DNA of 64,000 nucleotides from Candidatus Babelota bacterium. Lineage in GTDB: Bacteria > Babelota > Babeliae > Babelales > GCA-2401785. Below the pieces are notes generated by a model. That model did no database searches. It worked only from the letters and a program-made list of their open reading frames with translations, and had not been told where the DNA came from. Shown piece by piece: positions 1-12,734 of this stretch. The stretch's first letter is position 1, and the number at the start of each line of letters is the position of its first letter. The position numbers were made by a program, and so were the translations under genes. Location of the stretch: positions 14,317-78,316 of the forward strand of contig VHBT01000003.1 of the NCBI GenBank assembly GCA_016871815.1. The letters are read 5' to 3'.

Positions 1-366
1 AGCTTGCAACGTCCATGAAAACGCTTCTTTTGCATCTCTTTGCACGCCCAATCCTCGTTCCAACATTCGGGCAACCTGCAATTGTGCCAACAAATGCCCT
101 TCTTGCGCAGCTTTCATAAAATATTCATATGCTTGCTCTAAGGATTTATCACATCCTGATCCAGTAAAAAATTGCATCCCCAAAGAATACAGTAGATCAA
201 CATCTTTAACTTCAACTTCTTCAGATAAAACTTCCTCAGAATCATTTTCGACAAAAGACGCATCTTCCCTGTCTTGAACATGGTCATAATTATTTTCAGC
301 ACCTAAAAAAGCAGTAAAATGTATAAAATTAAAAAAACAAACGAAAAAAAAAGATCTAAAAACCAT
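1..366 (-). CDS. Sel1-like repeat protein, N-terminal portion (gene continues past the left window edge)
   Basis: Edge-truncated, so absent from the ORF track. Minus-strand ATG at 366-364 opens MVFRSFFFVCFFNFIHFTAFLGAENN... (signal-like N-terminus) ...LYSLGMQFFTGSGCDKSLEQAYEYFMKAAQEGHLLAQLQVARMLERGLGVQRDAKEAFSWTLQA, which shows the Sel1/SLR pattern (G-x-G ... A-x2-(W/Y)F-x-KAA-x-(E/Q)G-x3-AQ). Confidence 0.75.
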   Translation of the reverse strand, partial: MVFRSFFFVCFFNFIHFTAFLGAENNYDHVQDREDASFVENDSEEVLSEEVEVKDVDLLYSLGMQFFTGSGCDKSLEQAYEYFMKAAQEGHLLAQLQVARMLERGLGVQRDAKEAFSWTLQA

Positions 367-490
367 ATATTTTTATAGCTATTTATAAACGTACAAAGCA
401 GCTCGTATCATACTCGTGCTTCAGAATTGATATCAACACTCATCATCAAACTCAAAAAACTAACCTTTTACAAAAAAGGTATAAAAATTA

Positions 491-1081
491 TCATCGATGT
501 GTTTTATATATATTTCTTACAAAATCATGATACTCAAACCATGCATCCCACGTTGTTTCTGCAAATCGGCGCATCAAATCAACATATTCTTCTTGAGTCA
601 ATTTAGCGTAATTAATAGAATCCCAAACATCAGTTGCTCGCAACTCAATCAACCCTTTTGTTCGCTTGGGCTCTAAGAAAATAATTCTTTTTTCTAAAAT
701 CTTTTGCCTAACATCATCAAACTCTTTTTCTACTTTTTCAGTCGAAAAACCCTTTTCAACAGTCAGAAACAACCGCAATAAATGCAACGGAATATCTTGA
801 ACTGAACTTGCTCGCGCATCACGATCAATTCCCAGCGCAATTTGTACTTCCAAACAAGACAAATGTTGAACTGCATACGCACTAATAATAAGTTTTTTTA
901 ACGGTAAAAAACTAAAGCGTACATCATTATATGATATTATTTTTAAAAACACTTCATAACACTCTGGAGACGCAACTCCCATAGAATCCCACGTGTTATT
1001 TTTAACATCTTTAGTAAAAGAAGACTGACAGCCTGGGCACGTCCGATGATTTGTTACTGGACCAAAAACGCCATGCGACAC
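491..1081 (-). CDS. Conserved hypothetical CxxC protein (resembles the DUF5946-type family; function unknown)
   Basis: 196-aa ORF with GTG start. N-terminal C-P-G-C followed by SPECYEVF and the motif IISAYAVQH, which I associate with a small conserved bacterial family. Assigned from memory only. Confidence 0.6.
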   Translation of the reverse strand: MSHGVFGPVTNHRTCPGCQSSFTKDVKNNTWDSMGVASPECYEVFLKIISYNDVRFSFLPLKKLIISAYAVQHLSCLEVQIALGIDRDARASSVQDIPLHLLRLFLTVEKGFSTEKVEKEFDDVRQKILEKRIIFLEPKRTKGLIELRATDVWDSINYAKLTQEEYVDLMRRFAETTWDAWFEYHDFVRNIYKTHR

Positions 1082-1126
1082 TCAAAAATCTCCATATACT
1101 CTTGATATAACTATCAAATACAATTT

Positions 1127-1336
1127 TTAAAGCTCACAAAAATAAGTCTGTTGCCATTTTTGCGAACGAGAAGCTTCCAAATTATCTAGTTCAACCCATG
1201 GAGCATAAACCCGAAAAGCACATTTACGACCAATCCGATTAACTGAAATAATTCCAAATTTAACAAGATCTTTTTTAGAAATCAAAAAATACCCATGTCG
1301 AAATAAACTATATGAACCTGAACGACTCTTCTTCAA
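1127..1336 (-). pseudogene. MepB-family fragment (C-terminal half only)
   Basis: 69-aa ORF with TTG start. HGYFLISKKDLVKFGIISVNRIGRKCAFRVYAPWVELDNLEASRSQKWQQTYFCEL aligns with the C-terminal half of the full-length paralogue at 1892-2371 (HGYFLIPKSVLAEKEIISISKKGGKRGFRLYAPWVLVGNSQARCSQLWQINYFFEL). The N-terminal half is missing. Confidence 0.6.
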
Positions 1337-1337
1337 C

Positions 1338-1780
1338 TCAGTGATCTTCTTTATAAATCATGACCAAGCAATAAATAGCAATACTATTTCCCTGACTTGC
1401 AGACTTGGTATACCACTCAACAGCATTTTGCATACTTTTTTTGCATCCAAAACCAAGTTAATAATATCTCCCAAGACTATGCTGTACTCTTGCATAACCT
1501 GGTTGGCAGCTTACAAAAAATAAATAAATGCCTTTTCCAATTGACTTCTCTTACCCATCTCCCTGCAAATACATAATACCAACTTGATATAACTCTAAAG
1601 AATCACATATATCTGGCTGAGCTATTTCACACAACTCAAATGAAATATCTTCAAACACATCACCGTTATCTTGAGATTTTAAAATAGTAAGAAAATCTTA
1701 CCTAAAAAATTAATTTGAAGAATAAATAAAATTCACAGCCAAAAAATAAAAATTTTTAAATAAAAACGACTTAATAAACA
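1338..1780 (-). pseudogene. Degraded Sel1-repeat gene (in-frame stops and a frameshift)
   Basis: My minus-strand translation gives ATG at 1780: MFIKSFLFKNFYFLAVNFIYSSN* (signal-like). In another frame it reads ...LELYQVGIMYLQGDG*EKSIGKGIYLFFVSCQPGYARVQHSLGRYY*LGFGCKKSMQNAVEWYTKSASQGNSIAIYCLVMIYKEDH*. The Sel1 consensus is clear but is interrupted by two TAA stops. Confidence 0.65.
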
Positions 1781-1891
1781 TATTCAGCCCCCCCCCAAAA
1801 AAATTTCGTCGCTCAGGGTATAAACAATACGCAATTAAAGAAAAGACAATTAAAAACAATCTATTTAAAGTGCAATAAGGCAAAACAAATA

Positions 1892-2371
1892 CTAAATATT
1901 CAAAACTGGATAACTTAACTCAAAAAAATAGTTAATCTGCCACAACTGCGAACAACGCGCTTGACTATTACCAACCAAAACCCATGGCGCATACAATCTA
2001 AACCCTCTTTTTCCACCTTTTTTAGAAATAGAAATAATCTCTTTTTCTGCTAAAACACTCTTTGGAATCAAAAAATATCCATGTCGAGACGAACTATCAT
2101 CTCGTACATAGACCATAAAAAAATCAACCTCATCATCAATATCAAAGGGAATCGACTCTAATTGTTCATCACGCTTCCAAAAAACAACAAAATGCCCATC
2201 TTTTGCAGGTGTTCGTTTACCAACTCGAAATTCAATTCGGTTTTTATCATTTAAAATAAATAAACATGAATTATACAAACGATTATCTTCAGAAAAAGAA
2301 AACTTTGAAATATGAAAATTACATACAAAAATTAAAAACAACTCAACATCAAAATGTTTTTGCTTTATCAT
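1892..2371 (-). CDS. MepB family protein
   Basis: 159-aa ORF. GKRTPAKDGHFVVFWKRDE...IPFD...DFFMV...GYFLIPKSVL...GKRGFRLYAPW...Q.WQINYF matches my recollection of the MepB (mepRAB cluster) family pattern. Confidence 0.7.
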   Translation of the reverse strand: MIKQKHFDVELFLIFVCNFHISKFSFSEDNRLYNSCLFILNDKNRIEFRVGKRTPAKDGHFVVFWKRDEQLESIPFDIDDEVDFFMVYVRDDSSSRHGYFLIPKSVLAEKEIISISKKGGKRGFRLYAPWVLVGNSQARCSQLWQINYFFELSYPVLNI

Positions 2372-2473
2372 TTAATGCTCCACAAAAACACACTGCAATC
2401 TACTAAACCACAAAAAGAAAACCGTTTGTAGTATAAAACAAAAAGTTCGCTAACAAGAATTTCACAAAAAAAG

Positions 2474-2945
2474 CTAACTGCACTTTGAAATAAGTTTTGC
2501 TGCCCTGGTAAAAGGCGCCACAGTATTAACGCGCACCCACTTTGACAATAGCCACCACACTCCGGATGGCAATTGCTGCCATGACCAAACGCCAACGGTA
2601 TCAAGTGTTCCTTCTTGATGCGCCTGCTCAACAATTTCCAGCACACGAATAATACATGCGCTCAAATTCAGCATCTTGTTGTTTACCACCATCAAACCAG
2701 TATTTTTCATAAAAATAGATTGCCATTTCCGTGTAACGCCACGAGGAAAATCCATCACCAGGCATGGACATGCGCTCACCACGCTTACCACATTCATACC
2801 ACTTAATAAGTCTACGCACCCATCCCATTTGATATGCAATGAGCTCTGCAGGACTTACATAACGACCAGTAAACAAAACACACCTACTATTACGCAGCTC
2901 AGAGGAACATCGTTAAACCTGATTGGTAAGTGTTGAATAAGCCAT
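2474..2945 (-). pseudogene. ClbS/DfsB (DUF1706) family gene, frameshifted
   Basis: Two overlapping minus-strand ORFs together rebuild the family. Frame A (2628-2876) reads ...RYVSPAELIAYQMGWVRRLIKWYECGKRGERMSMPGDGFSSWRYTEMAIYFYEKY. Frame B (2474-2839, C-terminal part) reads IIRVLEIVEQAHQEGTLDTVGVWSWQQLPSGVWWLLSKWVRVNTVAPFTRAAKLISK. A short MAYSTLTNQV* remnant lies at 2945. There is at least one frameshift and one premature stop. Confidence 0.65.
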
Positions 2946-3090
2946 AAAAACATTCTTTGCAAGCGGTGAATGAAGAGAAACAGACAACACAAAAAACCCC
3001 CACTGTTTTGAAACAATCTCAAGAAAAAAAAATCTCTAACGTCTCGCTACAGTTTTCTACCGAGACCATAAAACTCGAAAGTCTCTCTAT

Positions 3091-3124
3091 AAAAAAACGT
3101 CCAGAGTGTAAAAACTCTGGACGT
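3091..3124 (-). terminator. Intrinsic terminator of the rRNA operon
   Basis: On the minus strand: ACGTCCAGAG-tttttaca-CTCTGGACGT followed by TTTTTTT. It lies directly downstream of the 5S gene. Confidence 0.7.
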
Positions 3125-3133
3125 CATAATTAA

Positions 3134-3250
3134 TGTTGGCAATACTTATTTTCCCGTACCGTCACCAGTAAAGTATCTTCAGCGTATTGTATTTCACTTC
3201 TGTATTCGAAATGGGAACAGGTGTTTCCACAATACTATAGTCACCAACAA
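3134..3250 (-). rRNA. rrf: 5S ribosomal RNA
   Basis: The reverse complement reads TTGTTGGTGACTATAG...CCTGTTCCCATTTCGAATACAGAAGTGAAA...GTATTGCCAACA. This has the 5S helix I termini and the conserved CCGAAC/AGAAGTGAAA-type loop region. Ends are +/- a few nt. Confidence 0.9.
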
Positions 3251-3317
3251 ATTTTTCAAACTAATTGAAATCTTTGAAATATTTGAGAAAAATTAAATAA
3301 ACTTATAATAAATTAAT

Positions 3318-6322
<3,005 letters not shown>

Positions 6323-6424
6323 AAATTTGTAGTATTACCCCTAATTAAAGAAGTAATGAAAATTTTTCTGCTTACTTAGCACTTTTCTCAAATATTTCAA
6401 AGATCACAAACCATTATATTTTAC

Positions 6425-6501
6425 TGGTGGGCCCGAGTTGACTCGAACAACCGACCTCCCCGTTATCAGCGGGGTGCTCTAACCAGCTGAGCTACGGGCC
6501 C
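6425..6501 (-). tRNA. tRNA-Ile (anticodon GAU), CCA encoded
   Basis: Reverse complement: GGGCCCG-TA-GCTC-AGCTGGTTA-GAGC-A-CCCCG-CTGATAA-CGGGG-AGGTC-GGTTG-TTCGAGT-CAACT-CGGGCCC-ACCA. Clean cloverleaf with anticodon GAT. Confidence 0.93.
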
Positions 6502-6534
6502 TTATCAAAACAAAGCCTTAAACTACCAAAACCT

Positions 6535-6611
6535 TGGTAGGCCTAGGTTGACTCGAACAACCGACCTCCCCGTTATAAGCGAGGCGCTCTCACCTGCTGA
6601 GCTATAGGCCC
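6535..6611 (-). tRNA. tRNA-Ile (anticodon UAU), CCA encoded; occupies the spacer slot normally held by tRNA-Ala
   Basis: Reverse complement: GGGCCTA-TA-GCTC-AGCAGGTGA-GAGC-G-CCTCG-CTTATAA-CGGGG-AGGTC-GGTTG-TTCGAGT-CAACC-TAGGCCT-ACCA. The anticodon loop C-T-TAT-A-A gives anticodon TAT. G3:C70 rules out the Ala G3:U70 determinant. A73, C4:G69 and U12:A23 match the neighbouring tRNA-Ile(GAU). About 66 of 77 nt are identical to that tRNA. Confidence 0.85.
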
Positions 6612-6734
6612 AGCAACAGGCATTGTTAACTCGAACGAATTAACAAAATTTTAACGTCTGAACATGGACTCTTTACACATCTTTTACGATTTTTACATCG
6701 CAGACAAGTTTAACTTGTCTATTTTACTCCCTCG

Positions 6735-8268
<1,534 letters not shown>

Positions 8269-8393
8269 AAAAACTTAGAGGTCCATGTTCAGACGAATTT
8301 TCATTCAATCTATGGTTTCAATAATCTCAAAGATCAAAAATCTTTTTTTCTCTCGACTCAATCGCGCTTTCGCTTCGTTCGATCGATAACAAA

Positions 8394-8421
8394 ACTATAC
8401 ATCATTTTTTTCATTTTGCAA
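8394..8421 (-). promoter_or_regulatory. Candidate proximal rrn promoter (TTGCAA-N16-TATAGT)
   Basis: On the minus strand, TTGCAA (8421-8416), a 16-nt spacer, then TATAGT (8399-8394). It sits about 125 nt upstream of the 16S 5' end in an A/T-rich region. Confidence 0.4.
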
Positions 8422-8622
8422 GTTTTATTTTTTATTTTTTTATCATCAATTCAAGGCAAAAAAAATTACCGCATGAATTAACAAACCCAAAAACAATTCG
8501 TGTTTTTAAATTACGTGATATTTTTTAATATTGCAAATTTTTTTTACACAAACTTACTCAGAAAAACAAGCTACTGGTCGTCGTTTTTCAACTTCGTTTC
8601 GCATCAGCCATCAACAAAAACA

Positions 8623-8650
8623 ATTATAGGGATTTTAATTTGAGTTGCAA
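8623..8650 (-). promoter_or_regulatory. Candidate distal rrn promoter (TTGCAA-N16-TATAAT) with an A/T-rich UP-like tract
   Basis: On the minus strand, TTGCAA (8650-8645), a 16-nt spacer, then a perfect TATAAT (8628-8623). It is preceded by long A/T runs (8651-8690). Confidence 0.45.
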
Positions 8651-8748
8651 GCTTTTTTTTACTTTTTTTTCAAAAAACTTTTTTTTGCGCAAATAAACCC
8701 TAGACCCAGGGCAAAAAATACGATTAAGCTGCATAGTCTTAACCAAAC

Positions 8749-8782
8749 AAAAGGGGCGCACCCTAAAAGCACGCCCCTTTTG
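8749..8782 (-). terminator. Intrinsic terminator downstream of the 755-aa gene
   Basis: AAAAGGGGCG (8749-8758) pairs with CGCCCCTTTT (8772-8781). On the minus strand the stem is followed by TTTTGTTTGG. It lies 26 nt after the stop at 8808. Confidence 0.7.
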
Positions 8783-8807
8783 ACACTATATATATAAAGG
8801 AATATTT

Positions 8808-11075
8808 CTAAATATAGGAAATCGCTCCATAAATATCAAAGACCGCTCCAGCCAACACCTCAACTCTCAAGCTTCCAGAATCACTCAAGCAAATAGCATT
8901 TGCATCAACAGTACCCTCTGACGTAAACACAACCTTGTCATCAATAACAAGCACACCGGTTTGAAGTCTTGGCGAAGTTGATGTTCCATAGAACGTACAT
9001 CCATTCAAATACAAGCGAGAAGTTTGACTTGCCATTGTAAGTTGATTTTTCGAAGCAGAACCACCACGAGCCCCAAGCCCTGAGGAGTCATAGCTAAAGG
9101 TAACGTTTCTATCAACATACAAAGTCGACGCCGACTGAATAGCCAATGTTCCATTTGAAGAGAAAGCAAACGTATATCCCTTACCCTTAATATTAACATC
9201 ATTATAAATATTAATATTACCAGCAGAGAGAGTATAATTTCCCGCCAAGTTAAGATCCGTATTTCTAAGATTAATAACACCAGTATAGTCAACACATCGA
9301 ATCAAATTACGCGATGCAATGTAAGCCTCGGCAACACTATAAGTTGTTTTCGCACTCAAAGCTCCACTAGTCCCAACGTTAACAGCCCCAGTCAAACCCT
9401 CAACAACAACATCATCCAGCCACAAGTTAACCGGCGAACCAGCACCCTCTCCAGCTCCAACAGAAATACCAACAAAGTTAGAACTCAAGCTACCCAAGTT
9501 AAGCACATGACCACAACCCCGAATTGTTGATGCTGTAGATTGACCAGTAAACGACCATGTCATACTCAAGTCTTCTTTCGCACTCAACTCAATAGTAACA
9601 CCATTACCAAAGACCAATGAAGCACCAGAACCGAGAGAACAGCACGCCGAGCTAAAGTCTTTAAGCACAACGTTTTCCAAGGTCACGGTCTTATTGGCAG
9701 CAACCACAAGGGCTCCACTCTGACCCGTTCCACGAGCAAACTGAATAGAACGCCCACCACCATTCCAGGTAATATTACTTGCACTAGTTCCGCGGAAATT
9801 AAGAACCCTGTTAAGCCCACTAACACTTTCATCTCTAATCTGTTGATAAAATGCAGCATCAACAAAGATAGCACGCAGAGCTTCTTGACTCTCAACAACC
9901 CCACCATTAACAGAAATAACACTCACGCCATCAGGCTGAATAATATTAGACGCATCAGGCGAAGATAATGTGCTGTACTCAAGAACCGTATTATCAATTC
10001 TAAACACACCACCAGTATTTGCTCTTGCACTAAAGGTATACGAACCTGTTTCTACCGCGCAAGGCGCTCCGTAGAAATAGAACGTTCCCTGAGTAAGCGT
10101 ATAGTTAGCACCTAAAATAAATGTACAACCATTAAAGGAAACCGTTGAATACGAATCTTCCATTAAGAAGAAGCCTAATCCATTTGTAGAACCACCAAGA
10201 GGACCGGATATTGTTCCAAGTCCTTTAATGACACAATTATTAATTTCAAGAGTATGTCCCGCACGAACAACAATCGTTCCACAGGTAGACATATCAAGAA
10301 CCATACCATGACCATCAATAACCGAACGACTTCTTGTTTGCGCTGTTCCAAAACCTGCCGAACCAAACCACCAGGAACCACTCAACTTAAATGGAGCGGC
10401 AAGCTCAAGAGCACCGGCGTTAATCATAGACAATGTACCAGTCCAGGTAAGATCTCGACCAGGAAGAACCAAGCTTCTTAGTCCAAAATCAATATTTCCG
10501 CGACCAGAAAACTCAACATTCTCCGCAAGCGCCAAATGATCCCCAAGCACAATTGTTCCACCATTCATGGTCACACTCGCATTAAGCTTACCCTGAAGAG
10601 CCAAAGTAACCGAGGTACTTGAATCAGCCAAGACGATCGCAGAGCTAAATAAAGGAGCGCCCTCGATAGAATTTCCAGTGCCAGAAACCGTCACCGCCGG
10701 CAAAAAAGTTCCAGGAAGAGCACATAGCCTGTGAGAACCTGTTAATTTAATAGTATCTGTGGATGATCCATTATAAACACCAGTAAACAAAGCACGCGCA
10801 GTTCCTTGCTCCAACATTCCACTAGAAAAAGTAATCGCATCAGCAACGTCACCCTGAATTCTTGTTGAGGCCGCATTTGAAAGCTCAAGAGTTCCATTAA
10901 ATCCAGTTATTGCAGTATCAACAAAAAAGCGGCTGGTCGTATCTGCCAAACGCAATCTGGATTCTCGACTGGAAAAAACAAACGGCGCATAGACCTTTTC
11001 AGCCCCAACAGCCAACAAAACAGCTGTTAAAAAAAATCTTACAAGAAGCCCAAGCCCCTTACGCTGACTACTCAT
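8808..11075 (-). CDS. Secreted G/S/T/N-rich repeat protein, probable parallel beta-helix surface or adhesin-like protein
   Basis: 755-aa ORF with N-terminal signal-like segment MSSQRKGLGLLVRFFLTAVLLAVGAEKVYA. The composition is low-complexity and G/N/S/T/V-rich, with short irregular repeats typical of beta-solenoid passenger domains. It has its own terminator. The fold is inferred, not shown. Confidence 0.8.
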   Translation of the reverse strand: MSSQRKGLGLLVRFFLTAVLLAVGAEKVYAPFVFSSRESRLRLADTTSRFFVDTAITGFNGTLELSNAASTRIQGDVADAITFSSGMLEQGTARALFTGVYNGSSTDTIKLTGSHRLCALPGTFLPAVTVSGTGNSIEGAPLFSSAIVLADSSTSVTLALQGKLNASVTMNGGTIVLGDHLALAENVEFSGRGNIDFGLRSLVLPGRDLTWTGTLSMINAGALELAAPFKLSGSWWFGSAGFGTAQTRSRSVIDGHGMVLDMSTCGTIVVRAGHTLEINNCVIKGLGTISGPLGGSTNGLGFFLMEDSYSTVSFNGCTFILGANYTLTQGTFYFYGAPCAVETGSYTFSARANTGGVFRIDNTVLEYSTLSSPDASNIIQPDGVSVISVNGGVVESQEALRAIFVDAAFYQQIRDESVSGLNRVLNFRGTSASNITWNGGGRSIQFARGTGQSGALVVAANKTVTLENVVLKDFSSACCSLGSGASLVFGNGVTIELSAKEDLSMTWSFTGQSTASTIRGCGHVLNLGSLSSNFVGISVGAGEGAGSPVNLWLDDVVVEGLTGAVNVGTSGALSAKTTYSVAEAYIASRNLIRCVDYTGVINLRNTDLNLAGNYTLSAGNINIYNDVNIKGKGYTFAFSSNGTLAIQSASTLYVDRNVTFSYDSSGLGARGGSASKNQLTMASQTSRLYLNGCTFYGTSTSPRLQTGVLVIDDKVVFTSEGTVDANAICLSDSGSLRVEVLAGAVFDIYGAISYI

Positions 11076-11344
11076 ACTCTCCCCCTTCTCCTTAAGGATC
11101 TGTACCTATCAAAATCAAAAAGCAAACGTTAACTTAAATCGCTTCAAACAAAAACCGAGCACCTCTCAAAATAAGATAACGCCAACAAGACGAGCTGAAT
11201 GAGAGAATATGAGTCGGCGAAATAAAAAATCAACAAAAGCGAAGACTGCCAAACACCCAAACTGGCAAATAAAATAAAAACTCGCGGATTTAACTAAAAT
11301 TGACCCAATAAATAAACCGCTATAAACTCTGACTAATCTTAAAT

Positions 11345-11431
11345 GCCCAGGTGGCGGAATTGGCAGACGCGCTAGGTTCAGGTCCTAGTCTTGTTACAGA
11401 GGTAGGGGTTCGAGTCCCCTCTTGGGCACCA
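11345..11431 (+). tRNA. tRNA-Leu (anticodon CAG), long variable arm, CCA encoded
   Basis: GCCCAGG-TG-GCGGAATTGGCAGACGCG-CTAGG-TTCAGGT-CCTAG-(variable arm TCTTGTTACAGAGG)-TAGGGGTTCGAGTCCCCT-CTTGGGC-ACCA. Confidence 0.9.
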
Positions 11432-11512
11432 AAAAACCTTCTCACAACAATTTCTTAAGACTTCTACTAATTATTAAAAAACCACCACACAACAAAGCGA
11501 GACTCGTGCACC

Positions 11513-11541
11513 TTGCCACCAAACAACCCGTACGCTAAGAT
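11513..11541 (+). promoter_or_regulatory. Candidate dnaJ promoter (TTGCCA-N17-TAAGAT)
   Basis: TTGCCA at 11513-11518, a 17-nt spacer, then TAAGAT at 11536-11541. It lies about 60 nt upstream of the dnaJ ATG. Confidence 0.35.
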
Positions 11542-11602
11542 AAAAAATAATTATCTATCAAACCAATACTCATATTTTTTATAAAAAAACGAAAAGACAC
11601 CA

Positions 11603-12730
11603 ATGGCAAAACGCGATTACTACGATATTCTTGGAGTATCAAAAACATCAACCCCCGAAGAAATAAAAAAAGCCTACAGAAAGCTCGCCCTTCAATATCA
11701 CCCAGACAAAAACCCAAACAACAAAGAAGCTGAAGACAAATTTAAAGAAGCAGCAGAAGCATACGAAACACTTTCAGACCCTCAAAAGCGCCAACAATAT
11801 GATCAATTTGGTCATTCTGGGGCAGATTTTACTGGCGGACATCATTATTCAAACGCAGACGAAGTCTTTGAACAGTTTGGAGACATCTTTGGTTCGTTCT
11901 TTGGCGGAGGCCACCAATCTCGATCCCGCGCAAAAAAAACTTCCCCAACAGCACAAAACGGAAGCGACCTTAGCCAAGACGTAAGCATCTCACTTCAAGA
12001 AGCATTTCTTGGAACAAAAAAAGTAGTCGGCGTGTATCGCTACCAAACATGTACCGATTGTAACGCAACGGGCGGAGCTGACGGCGCAAAAGCAACGACT
12101 TGTTCAAGCTGCAGAGGACATGGTCAAGTTATGCATCAACAAGGATTCTTTTCTTTTGCAAAACCATGCACAACATGTAAAGGACAGGGAATTATCATTA
12201 CAAATCCATGCAAAACCTGTTCAGGGCAATCACGCGTACAAAAACACGAAAAACTCACCGTTACCATTCCAGCTGGCATCTTTGATGGCGCACAACTCAG
12301 ACTTGCAGAAAAAGGCGATGCCGGAGTCTTTGGCGGACGCTCTGGCGATTTGTACATCAGAACACATATTGCAGCTCACTCAACATTTACAAGACGCGAA
12401 AACGATTTAGTTACAAAACTCACACTGACATATCCACAACTTGTCTTGGGATGCCAAATCGAAATCGAATCAATTGACGGAACAAAAGAAACATTAAAAA
12501 TTCCATCAGGCTGCCAAGTTGGCAAAGAGATTGTAATGCCTGGAAAGGGTTTTCCCGTTCTTGGTAAAAATGCACGCGGCAACCTTGTGATAATCACACA
12601 ATGTCACATTCCAACAAAACTTACCGCTGAAGCAAAAAAAACATTACTCGAGTTTTCATCTCATATTGATACGCAAAACTCAAATTCAAATGACGGAATA
12701 ACCGGATTTTTTAAAAAATTTTTAGGATAA
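11603..12730 (+). CDS. dnaJ: Molecular chaperone DnaJ (type I)
   Basis: J domain [33 protein letters not shown], a G/F region [12 protein letters not shown], and four CxxCxG motifs ([33 protein letters not shown]). Confidence 0.95.
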   Translation: MAKRDYYDILGVSKTSTPEEIKKAYRKLALQYHPDKNPNNKEAEDKFKEAAEAYETLSDPQKRQQYDQFGHSGADFTGGHHYSNADEVFEQFGDIFGSFFGGGHQSRSRAKKTSPTAQNGSDLSQDVSISLQEAFLGTKKVVGVYRYQTCTDCNATGGADGAKATTCSSCRGHGQVMHQQGFFSFAKPCTTCKGQGIIITNPCKTCSGQSRVQKHEKLTVTIPAGIFDGAQLRLAEKGDAGVFGGRSGDLYIRTHIAAHSTFTRRENDLVTKLTLTYPQLVLGCQIEIESIDGTKETLKIPSGCQVGKEIVMPGKGFPVLGKNARGNLVIITQCHIPTKLTAEAKKTLLEFSSHIDTQNSNSNDGITGFFKKFLG

Positions 12731-12734
12731 AAAA

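Noticed and set aside
1341-1523. 60-aa plus-strand ORF
   Set aside because: It is antisense to the clearly recognisable, though degraded, Sel1-repeat coding sequence, and has no independent support.
2368-2936. Five mutually overlapping ORFs on both strands
   Set aside because: They are not independent genes. Two minus-strand frames together reconstruct a frameshifted ClbS/DfsB-family gene, and the others are antisense noise.
9005-10481. Short ORFs nested in or antisense to the 755-aa gene. The same applies to the nested ORFs inside dnaJ, mnmE, the MutS-like genes, the Lon genes, 16059-16502, 56527-57030, 57244-57603 and others
   Set aside because: They are all embedded within much longer ORFs that have clear protein signatures or signal peptides. 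Their translations are low-complexity or lack motifs, which is typical six-frame noise in an AT-rich genome.
11432-11602. Heat-shock control elements (CIRCE inverted repeat or a sigma-32 type promoter) upstream of dnaJ, and similarly upstream of lon (45297-45498)
   Set aside because: No TTAGCACTC-N9-GAGTGCTAA-like repeat and no CTTGAA...CCCCAT pattern were found. Only ordinary sigma-70-like hexamers are present.
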